Assembly: GCF_000142905.1 (NCBI RefSeq)
Contig: NW_013657663.1
Span: forward strand, 1-64,000
DNA: 64,000 nt
Direction: 5' to 3'
From: Thecamonas trahens ATCC 50062
Lineage: Eukaryota > Protista > Apusomonadida
Below are positions 46,179 through 55,500 of the stretch, piece after piece. Position 1 is the first letter of the stretch. Each line of letters begins with the position of its first letter. Below the pieces are notes generated by a model that was not told the DNA's origin, made no database searches, and saw nothing but the letters and a program-made list of their open reading frames with translations. The position numbers and the translations under genes are program-made.

Positions 46179-47151
46179 CTAGGCCGGAGCCGAGTCGTAC
46201 TTGCCACGGCGGATGTCGAGGAGCCAGGCCATGACGACGTCCTCGTCAGCGCGCGCCGGGAGACCCCACGGCTCTGCGGCGAGGATGGCGGCAATGCGCG
46301 TGTCAGCTTCGGCGAGGATGTCGTCGGCTGACTCGTTGCCGGCGCGGATGCTCATGAGACGGTCGCGCTCGAGGCCGGTGATGCGAATGGCCGGGGCAGA
46401 GCCGGCGCAGATACGCTCGACCTCGCCGAGGAGGCGGATGACGTGGTACAGCTTTTTCGTCGACTTGCCCTTGTTGGCGTTAAACTGCTTGATCTGCGAG
46501 TTGACAAAGCCGAGGTAGTGATGGACGACCTTTTGCGAGAGAAAGGCCTCGCGATGGCGCTGCAGCGCCTCCCACGCTTCGCTCCGGTAGCCGTCGCCGT
46601 CATAGAAGAGCGCCTCGATGATGCCTGGGTTGCCCTTGAGAAGCAAGCGGCCGAACTTGAGAGCCTCGTGCAGGACATAGTCGTCGCCGCCGTCGACCGA
46701 TGCCGTCAGCGTCTCGGGCACCGACGAGTACAGATCAAGGTGGAGCGCAAGCGGCCTCGCAGCGTACACTCCGACGTAGTCTTTGTCGGACAGGTCCTTG
46801 TTGAGACCAAACGCCACCGAGCCGCCGATGTAAGCCATCAGGAGCTGAGGGGCTTTGCCCTGATGTCAACCCGCGGCAGCCATAGTCATATATCGCCCAT
46901 CGCCAGCCACAGCCGTACCCGCATTGCCCATCGTCAGCCATCCAACATCAGCCGCATTTGCATCGCCATCGAGTGAGTCCGGCCGAAGACCTCTGTGTTT
47001 CCCTCCGTGTCCCCGTCCGTGTCCCCGTCCGTGTCCGTGTCCCCCCCCCCCCCCCCCCCCCCCCTCCTCACCGTAGCCGTACCACTCCGTCAGCCTTGCT
47101 CAGCTTGGTTGTGAGGAACTCCCTAGCGTCGTCAGCCAGACTCTGATCCAT
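46179..47151 (-). CDS. Pol-beta-superfamily nucleotidyltransferase, RlaP/YcgL-like (exon 1 47151-47083, exon 2 46844-46179)
   Basis: GSVAFGL...SDKDYVGVY, HEALKF.RLLLKGNP..IEAL, KKLYHVIRLL; phase-0 GTACGG...CTCAG intron gives MDQSL...DGV|LLMAYIGGS. Confidence 0.8.
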
Positions 47152-47167
47152 GCTGAGAGCAAGAGTG

Positions 47168-47168
47168 A

Positions 47169-47232
<64 letters not shown>

Positions 47233-47251
47233 TCTGTGCGTGTGTGTGTGC
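47168..47251. repeat. (TG)n microsatellite
   Basis: Direct observation. Confidence 0.95.
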
Positions 47252-47833
47252 ATGTGGCTGGAAGAATACACTGTCGCTTGCCTGTGGGAGTGGCTCTCTT
47301 CTTCCGCCTGTCACTGTGGTGGCTGGGCATGCTTCTTCCATGGCTTCGATTGCGGCCAGTCCACATCACATCACCTCCCACCAGTACCAAATCCATCCGA
47401 TGACACACACATGCGTATGATCAGACTCATATGCATCTGATGAGGGCCTTTTTGTGTCACATGCACGGTATACTTGCAAACATCGTTGCTTCTTCTAATG
47501 CGCCATCCTCACCGCCTGCCACCGCCTACCGCCAGCCGCCTGCCGCCTGCCGCCTGCCACCAGCCTCCCATCGCCCATCGCCCATCGCCTGCCGCCCATC
47601 GCCTCACCTGCCGCCCATCGCCAGCCGCCCATCGCCTCAACCTGCCGCTTGCATCCTGCCGCCCATCGCCCATCACCAGCCGCCCATAACCAGCCACCTG
47701 CCGCGAGCCGCGAGCCGCCTGCGGCACGATCCCTCCACTGTCCCCAGCGCCTCCTCCGCGCCTCCCCTCCCCCCCCCCCCCCCCCCACCCCTGACTCCCA
47801 CTCACGGCCACGGCCACCAGCCACCCCTCCACC

Positions 47834-49951
47834 ATGGCGTCCCTCATCCTGTCCCCCCTCCTCTCCCTCTCCTCCACCCCCATCCCTGCCCCTCTCCTCT
47901 CTAGCTCTCTCCAGCTGTGGCGGGTGCTCAACTCGGCTCCGGCTGGCACACCCGCCCGCAAAGCCATACTCTCGTCATCGCTACCTCGCTCATGGTCACT
48001 TCCACCATCGCCATCGCTATCGCCATCGCCATCGCCATCGCCATCGCCATCGCTCGCTCATCATGCCGCTTGTGACTCTGTCGCTCCTGCCGCTGCTCCT
48101 GCCTCTGCTGCGGACTTTGTTCTCGCTTGCCAGCGCTTGCGACACGGCAAGGCGTGGATGCCACTCGAGGTGCTTGCAGACGACATTGTGCTTGCGGATG
48201 GCGGCACTGCCGCCGCCAAAGAGCCATCGGCGCTGACGCTGGTGTGGCGGATGGTTGCGCCGGACAAGTGGCTGCTGGCAGCGGCGGTGGTGGCCACGGT
48301 CTCGTCGTCGCTCGTCTCGCTCCTCATTCCGCCGTCGGTGGGAGGCCTGCTGGCGAGTCTCAAGGCTGGCGCATCGTTTTCGACGTTGTGGGGCGGAGTG
48401 GCCAAGCTTGCTGGCGTCGTTGTCTTTCAAGCCTCGCTCTCGGCGGGCTACATCGCCTTGCTCTCGTCGTTCTCGCAGCGGCTGGTGCAGCGGCTGCGAA
48501 CCGCGCTGTTTGATGCACTCATGGCCAAGGACATGGGCGCGTACGATGCCACCCGTGGTGGAGAGTTCTCGGCTCTGCTCTCAGCCGACGTCGAAGCCGT
48601 CCGGGCTGCCGTCAAGCACTGCGTCTCGATCGGCGTCCGCGCGGTTGTCGTTCTTGTTGGTGGCTGCGTCTCGCTGGCGCTCATCTCACCGCAGATGACC
48701 GGCATTCTCTTCTGCGCGCTTCCAGTCTCAGTCTGGGCCGGCTCGATCTTTGCCCGCCACCTCCGCGGCATCTCGGGCGCGGCTGCGGCGCGGACGGCCT
48801 CATCGCTCGCGCTGGCTGACGAGTACATGGCCAACATCCGGACAGTCCGCGCATTCGGTGCCGAGGCCGCCGCCCTCGAGCTCTTTGCGTCCGACACCCG
48901 CGAGGCCACGGGCCTTGCGGCCTCGCTTGGCCGTCGCATCGGTATCTTCCACGGCTTTACCTCGCTGGGGCTCTACGGCATGGTCCTCGGGGTCATCTCG
49001 TACGGCGCCGGCCTGGTAGCCAACGGCAGCCTGGCGCCCGAGGCGATTGTCACCTTCATGCTGCAGGCCTCGCGGATGCAGTCGGCCTTTGCCTCGCTTT
49101 CTATCCTCTCGGGCCAGGCTGTCAAGGGCATCGACGCAGCGTCACGGATCGACGCGGTCTTGAGCGCCACACCGGCGATTCCGCTGGCGGCCCCGCACCT
49201 GGCGCAGCCGGACATTGTCGGCAACGTCTCGTTCCAGCACGTTTCATTCCGCTACCCATCGCGGCCGCAGCGCAAGGTTTTGCGCGATGTCTCGTTTGAT
49301 GTCCCTCGCGGCTCAGTCGTGGCTCTTGTCGGGCCATCGGGCTCGGGTAAGACCACACTGGCGTGGCTGCTCATGCGCCTGTATGATCCCGAGGCCGGCC
49401 AGGTCGTAGTCGACGGCGTCCCGCTCACTCATCTTGATCCGGCAACGCTGCGGAGTTCAATGGCCATTGTCTCGCAGGAGCCGGACCTCTTTGCCGGCTC
49501 GATCGCGTTCAACATCGCTTTTGGCCGTCCGGACGCGAGCCGAGCCGAGATCGCCGCCGCCGCCCGCGTCGCCGCCGCCGCCGACTTTATCGAGGCCTTT
49601 CCCGACGGCTACGACACGCTTGTTGGCGAGCGCGGCGTTCAGCTCTCCGGCGGCCAGAAGCAGCGGATCGCCATTGCGCGCGCGCTCCTCCGCGACCCGG
49701 CCATTCTCATCCTCGACGAGGCCACCTCGGCGCTCGACGCCGAGTCCGAGGCTGCCGTCCAGGGCGCGCTCGAGATCCTCATGCGGGACCGGACCACCAT
49801 CGTCATCGCCCATCGGCTCTCCACCATCAAGAATGCCGACAATATCGTGGTCATTGCCGACGGTGAGCTTGTGGCCCAAGGCAGTCACACGGAGCTCCTC
49901 GCCGACCCCGACTCGCTCTACGCTGCTCTCGTGGCGGCGCAGCTGCACTGA
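47834..49951 (+). CDS. Mitochondrial-type ABCB half transporter (ABCB8/ABCB10/MDL1-like)
   Basis: Ser/Leu/Arg-rich presequence-like start, 6-TM domain, NIRTVRAFGAE, GPSGSGKT, LSGGQKQRIAIARA, ILILDEATSALD, IAHRLST. Confidence 0.9.
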   Translation: MASLILSPLLSLSSTPIPAPLLSSSLQLWRVLNSAPAGTPARKAILSSSLPRSWSLPPSPSLSPSPSPSPSPSLAHHAACDSVAPAAAPASAADFVLACQRLRHGKAWMPLEVLADDIVLADGGTAAAKEPSALTLVWRMVAPDKWLLAAAVVATVSSSLVSLLIPPSVGGLLASLKAGASFSTLWGGVAKLAGVVVFQASLSAGYIALLSSFSQRLVQRLRTALFDALMAKDMGAYDATRGGEFSALLSADVEAVRAAVKHCVSIGVRAVVVLVGGCVSLALISPQMTGILFCALPVSVWAGSIFARHLRGISGAAAARTASSLALADEYMANIRTVRAFGAEAAALELFASDTREATGLAASLGRRIGIFHGFTSLGLYGMVLGVISYGAGLVANGSLAPEAIVTFMLQASRMQSAFASLSILSGQAVKGIDAASRIDAVLSATPAIPLAAPHLAQPDIVGNVSFQHVSFRYPSRPQRKVLRDVSFDVPRGSVVALVGPSGSGKTTLAWLLMRLYDPEAGQVVVDGVPLTHLDPATLRSSMAIVSQEPDLFAGSIAFNIAFGRPDASRAEIAAAARVAAAADFIEAFPDGYDTLVGERGVQLSGGQKQRIAIARALLRDPAILILDEATSALDAESEAAVQGALEILMRDRTTIVIAHRLSTIKNADNIVVIADGELVAQGSHTELLADPDSLYAALVAAQLH

Positions 49952-49963
49952 AGCTAGCTATGT

Positions 49964-50851
49964 TTACATCGTCTGGGCCGTCATCGCCTCTGAGAGCCAC
50001 GCACCCCACTGAATGACCGGAATGTTCTCGCGCTTGACGCGATCGTACAGCGCGGACGTGGAGATGCCGTTGACGGCGACGCCAGCCATGGAAAAGTTGA
50101 GCTTGAGGGCAAGGGCGGTGGAGAAGAACATCTGCTCTTGCAGGGCAGAGGCCTCGGACTCTTGATCTGCGGCGTAAGCATCAAACGCGGCCCTGGCCTC
50201 ATCGAGCTGGGAGCGGAGGACCTCGTTCTCGCTCTCCTTCCGCTTGACATCAGCGAGCAGGCCGTTGGCCATGGTCCGCACCTTCTCCATCCGACTCTCC
50301 AGTGCCGAGTTGGCATCCTGCAGCCTGGCGACCTCCTTAACCAGCTCTGCAGCCTTGGTCTTGTACTTGGCCGCGGATGCAGGCGATCCGGTGAGCAGCT
50401 TCCGCTGCGCATGCTCCAGATCGGCCTTGAGCTTGAGCGCCAGCGACTTGTACTTTGCCTTGGCTGCCTTGGCCTCCTCCAGCGCCCTGGCTGACTGCGC
50501 CAGCTCGGCCGCCTGACTCTCGGCTGCTGCCTCTACGCCCTGCAGCCGTTCGGTTTCGGCCTGCAGCTCACCGACCCGGGTCGAGAGCGCCGCAATCATG
50601 GCCTCCGAGTCCACTGTGGGCTCGGCCGCCTCCGAGCTGGTGGTGACCGTTGGCGAGGTGAGCGAGTTGCCGGCCAACGGCTCGGTGAGCATGGACATAA
50701 ACCTGCTCATCGGCGACTGGTACGACTTTGGCGGCGGGGTAGCCAGACCCGTACCGCCAAGCTTGGCCTGGTTTGGTGTCAATGCCTTGTTCATGGGTGC
50801 CATGTTCTCGTCGCTCACGCTGTGTCGCGGTGGCGTTGCCGTTGCAAACAT
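49964..50851 (-). CDS. Hypothetical coiled-coil protein with a small globular C-terminal domain
   Basis: Long open frame with typical codon usage and heptad repeats; C-terminus FFSTALALKLN...LYDRVKRENIP...W..W. First ATG at 50851. Confidence 0.65.
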   Translation of the reverse strand: MFATATPPRHSVSDENMAPMNKALTPNQAKLGGTGLATPPPKSYQSPMSRFMSMLTEPLAGNSLTSPTVTTSSEAAEPTVDSEAMIAALSTRVGELQAETERLQGVEAAAESQAAELAQSARALEEAKAAKAKYKSLALKLKADLEHAQRKLLTGSPASAAKYKTKAAELVKEVARLQDANSALESRMEKVRTMANGLLADVKRKESENEVLRSQLDEARAAFDAYAADQESEASALQEQMFFSTALALKLNFSMAGVAVNGISTSALYDRVKRENIPVIQWGAWLSEAMTAQTM

Positions 50852-50992
50852 TTGAATGCGATTTGTCTCTGACAGAGTCGAGTGCTCGGCGACGGAGCCA
50901 TGGGCAACCACCCATTACCGAAAGCCCGAGACTCAGCAGCGGCTGCAGTATGCTGTGGCCTTGCCAAGGACGCAGAATAGCTCCGACCTGAC

Positions 50993-51255
50993 CCCACCCA
51001 TAGTCATCCCCACCCATTCCCATCAACCATAGTCATCCCCATCCATAGTCATCAACCATCCCCATCCATAGTCATCCCCACCCATTCCCATCAACCATCC
51101 CCACCCATAGTCATCCCCACCCATTCCCATCAACCATAGTCATCCCCATCCATAGTCATCCCCACCCATTCCCATCAACCATCCCCATCCATAGTCATCC
51201 CCACCCATTCCCATCAACCATCCCCACCCATAGTCATCCCCACCCATTCCCATCG
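50993..51255. repeat. ~39-bp minisatellite (ccatagtcatccccacccattcccatcaaccatccccat) in a divergent intergenic region
   Basis: About 6-7 full or partial tandem copies. Confidence 0.9.
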
Positions 51256-51328
51256 ATTCCCACCATAGCCCCATCACCTCACCCCCCGCCCCCACCACCC
51301 CCCCACCCCCCACTCCCCACCAGCCCAT

Positions 51329-52464
51329 ATGAAGCGCGGCCGCCCGTCCACGACGACGTCGACAACACTTGCGCTTGCCCCTGTGAGCAAGCGGAGCAAG
51401 GGCTTGTCGTCCGGAGAGGGCTCGACAGCACTGGCGACGACGGTGGAGCGGACGTCGTCGCTGGCGGCTGCCAACCTGGTCCTCTCGGGCCATGACGACG
51501 AGGTCACCTGCGTGGCCTTTGCCGGCAACGGACGGACACTGTACTCGGGATCAAAGGACCGCTCGGTCATTGTCTGGCCTGTCTACTCGGACACCATCTG
51601 CTCCATCGGTCATCTCCGTGGCCACTCGTCGGCCGTCACGGGCCTCGCCTGCCCCTCCTCTACTGCTGCCGCTGGCTTTGATCTGGCTACCTGCTCTGCA
51701 GATGGCTCGCTGCGGACGTGGGATGTGGCGAGTGAGACGTGCGAGGTCATTGCTCGTCTTGACGACATTGTTAACGATGTGGCGGTTCTGGACAACTCCT
51801 CGCTCCTGGCCGTCGTCACCGACGGCGGCGTGCTCACTGTCCGCGATGCACGCTCGCGCGCTGCCGTCTTCTCAGTCTCGCTCTCATCGCCGCTGACTGC
51901 CACGGCGCTTGCCAACGAGGCTGATGGCCCCGCCGTGTACGCTGCCGGCATCGACGGCGTCGTCCGCAAGTACTCGCTGGCGGCGACCTCCGACGCCGCG
52001 CCTGTGCCGCTGCTGGAGCTTGCGCCGCGCGTCCGCGCTCCGCCGCCGCTCTCGGCCTTGGCTCTAGCACCCTCGGGTGACGCCCTCCTCACCCGCGACC
52101 TCGACGGCCTTGTCCGCGTCTGGGACATCCGGCCCTTTGCCCCGCCCATCCGCGAGCTGCGCGGCTTCACCGGCCCTCACGGGCCCGAGGCCAACCCCGA
52201 GATGCGACCGCTCCCGCTCGCCCTCGCGCCCAACGCCTGGCTCGACGCCGCCACCCGCGCCACCCACGCCACCCTTGCTCTCGGCGGCTCGCTCCACGGC
52301 TCGCTCTACGCCTGGCACTCGGGCTCTGGCGAGCCTATTTACGAGCTTCCTGGCCACACTGGCCCGGTCCTCTCCATCGCCTGCTCCCCCCTGAGCCCAT
52401 CATCGCCACTGGCGCTGCCGACAACACCATTGTCCTCGGCGAGATCGACGCCTCTGTCTTGTAA
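51329..52464 (+). CDS. SNRNP40: U5 snRNP 40 kDa WD40 protein-like (frameshift at ~52390)
   Basis: RTSSL....VLSGH.DEV, VRVWDIRPFAP, YELPGHTG.V. Adding one C gives EPIIATGAADNTIVLGEI and a stop at 52462-52464. Confidence 0.8.
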
Positions 52465-52477
52465 CACCCCCTCCCCC

Positions 52478-52577
52478 NNNNNNNNNNNNNNNNNNNNNNN
52501 NNNNNNNNNNNNNNNNNNNNNNNNNNNNNNNNNNNNNNNNNNNNNNNNNNNNNNNNNNNNNNNNNNNNNNNNNNNNN
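52478..52577. other. Assembly gap (100 N)
   Basis: N run; causes the false read-through ORF 51329-54508. Confidence 1.
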
Positions 52578-52594
52578 TCCCCCCCACCCCCCCT

Positions 52595-55500
52595 ATGGAC
52601 TCTGACGGGGCGACATACCTCCAGCTTGTGTCTGCCAACAACGCAGAGGCCAGCGTCTATGCTACCTTTGCCACCTTTGAAGAGGCCGTCTATGACGCCC
52701 TGCCGACCTACACCGACACATGGGAGCAGCTGGTGGTGACATCCACAAAGACCAAGACACTCGCGCTGAGCAAAGAAGATCGGAAGCGGGCAAGTGCTTC
52801 ACCACCGCAACCATGGAATCGTCTACCCATTGCTCTCTCTTCTATGTCTGATCTCAAAGTCCTCATCCTCGCCCACAATGCCTTCTCATCGCTTCCTCCT
52901 GATCTTGGCCTCCTCTCGAACCTGCTCTACCTCGACATGGCGCACAACGTCATAGACTCGGTCTCGGCTTCGGTTCTTTGCTCTTGTTCCGCGCTGCAGA
53001 CTCTCTCGCTTGCTGGTAACAAGCTCACCGCTTTTCCAGACCTCTCATCCGTCTCCTCCCTCACATCGCTCAATCTCTCCGGCAACGCCATCAACGCCAT
53101 CTCGGCTTCCGGCCCGCTCATCCCCCACTCTCTGCGCATCCTGGACCTCGCTGCAAACGGGTTGAAGAAGATCTCTGGTACCTTTCTGGCCCACCACGGC
53201 TCGCTCACCTCGCTCTCGCTGGCGAACAACCCCAAGCTCAAGGCTCTGCCCGCCCTCTCCTTCCGCTTTGCCGTCTCGTCCCTCCGCAACCTCGACCTCT
53301 CCACCACCGCTGTCTCATGGCTCCCTGCTCCGGTCTGTGCCCGCCTCCGCAAGCTTGAGACGCTCAACCTCCTCGACACCGCAGTCGCACACCTCCCGCC
53401 ACAGTTTGACTCGCTCGTCCGCCTTCACACCATCTCGGCGCTCAACTTCACCCTCTCCGCCGACTCGGGCCTCGACGTCAAGGGCTCGCTCCATCATTTT
53501 TTCCGCCTCTGTGGCCAGACCGCTCTTCCGCTCTTCCGCTCCGCTTTTGCTGACCTTCTCCTCACCCACGAGCCGAACACCTACGATGTCATCCGCGCCG
53601 GCGCCGCCCCGCGCTACCTCGATCTTCTCCGCTCTGATGTTTCGGCCCTTGTCGAGTCCGCCATCAACGTCCTCTCCAAGCTCCTCTCCTCCGAGCACAA
53701 CAAAGCCGAGCTCCTCTGTGCCGGCCTCATCGAGGCCCTCGGCCCGGTCCTCGCCACCGCGCCCACTGAACTTGTCGAGCTCGCCACTTCGGGCCTCGTC
53801 AAGCTCTGCACGTTTTCCACCCCTACGTCAAGGTCCTCTTTGCCGAGCACGGCGGCACCCGCCTCCTCGCCTCGCTCTCCACCTCGGACATCCCATCAGT
53901 TGCTCGCTTTGCCGCTGACGCCCTCTCCGCTCTCGCCGTCCAGATCCCAGCCGCAGGCATGCTCCAGGTCCGCGTCCTCGAGGCCATGCAGCTCGTCGAC
54001 CCGTCGACCGGCAAGTCGCCGTCGTCGGCCTACGCCGTCCTTCGCGTCGGCACCGAGAAAACGACCACAGAGGCCCGCAAGGCTCCCGACGGCGCCCCGG
54101 CCTGGTCGCGCAACGCCCAGCTCAATGTCGGCATTGCCGACGCCATGGGCCGCATCATCACCGTCAAGCTCTACAACCGCCGCACCCTTCGCAAGGACGT
54201 CTTCCTCGGCTCGGCCCGCCTCCCGGTCCTCACCTTTCTCGACGGCGCCGTCGTCGACAACTGGTTCCAGCTCCGCCCGCCCGACTCGCGCGTCTCGTCC
54301 GAAGCCGCGCTTACTGGATACGTCCACATGCAGATCCAGTTCACCTCACAGGCCTCCTCCTACTTTGAGAACATGGCCCAGAACGCCCGCGTCTGGGCCT
54401 TCCCCCCGACATCCTCAAGCGCCTCGCATCGTCGGAAGCCGCCCCGTCACCTTCGCCGCTCCCGGCCCCGGCCCTTCCGATCATCGTCGTCAACGGGACA
54501 CCCGGTAGCGCGCCCTCGCCCGCCCTCGACGCGCCCGCCATACACCCGGAGCCTGCCACCTACTCCTCCATGCTCGATGCGCTCGACGGCGATGCTCGTC
54601 TCTACGAGATCCTAACCCTTGGCCTCGACGCCTCGTGCGCCGTCTACTTTGACTCGGACACAGACGCCTTTCTTCACCGCGAGGCCTTTACCAAGGTGCA
54701 GTACACCAACCGCCACTCGGAGCAAAAGTACTTTTACGCCACCCGCAGAAGACCGGAGGCCACCGCAGTTGACCTCTATGTCTCTTTCATGGGCACCTAC
54801 TCGCTTGCAGACGCCGCCATCGACTTTAATGTCCTTGCCCACGATGCCCTCAACGGCCGCATCCACGCCGGCTTTGCCCAGCGCGCCTACGCCATTCCGC
54901 TCCTGCCACTCCTCGAGTTCCTCCGCCCGCCATCCACCACCGCCGCCGCCCGTCGCGGTGCCCTCGTCCTCTGCGGCCACTCGCTTGGCGGTGCTGTCGC
55001 CGTCATTGTCTTTCTTCGGCTCATTGTCGAGTGCTCCATCACGCCCGACGAGCTCCGCCGCATCCACGTCGTCACTGTCGGCCAGCCGCTTGTGGGCGAC
55101 ACCGCGCTCGCCGCCTACGTCCATGCCCTCGGCGTCCACACCCGCATTCACGCGATCGTCAACCACGGCGACTCGGTCGCGTGCTTCTCCTCGGCCTCGC
55201 CGCGCATCATTGCCCAGAACCTCATCCGCCACGCCAAGGACGCCACCGTTGCCAAACTCCGTCAGCTGGCGCAAGAACGTGCCGCATCGTCGCCGTCGGC
55301 CGACGAACCGCCGTCTCCCGCCGCCGCCTCAGAGTCGGACGCTCTCAACGCGCTCATGACCTCGCCGTCGTCGGTCGCCGTCGACGTCCTCACACACTAC
55401 ATCGCTGCCCGCTCCACAGACGTCTTCTTTGACTTTACCCCCTTTGGCATTTCGTACATGATCGAGCACCCCGCTGCCCACGAGGGCACCGCCCGCTACG

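Noticed and set aside
50993-51255. CRISPR-like array
   Set aside because: Head-to-tail minisatellite with no unique spacers, no cas genes and a eukaryotic context
51329-54508. 1059-aa WD40-LRR fusion ORF
   Set aside because: Artefact: a frameshift hides the SNRNP40 stop at 52464 and the frame then reads through the 100-N gap into the next gene
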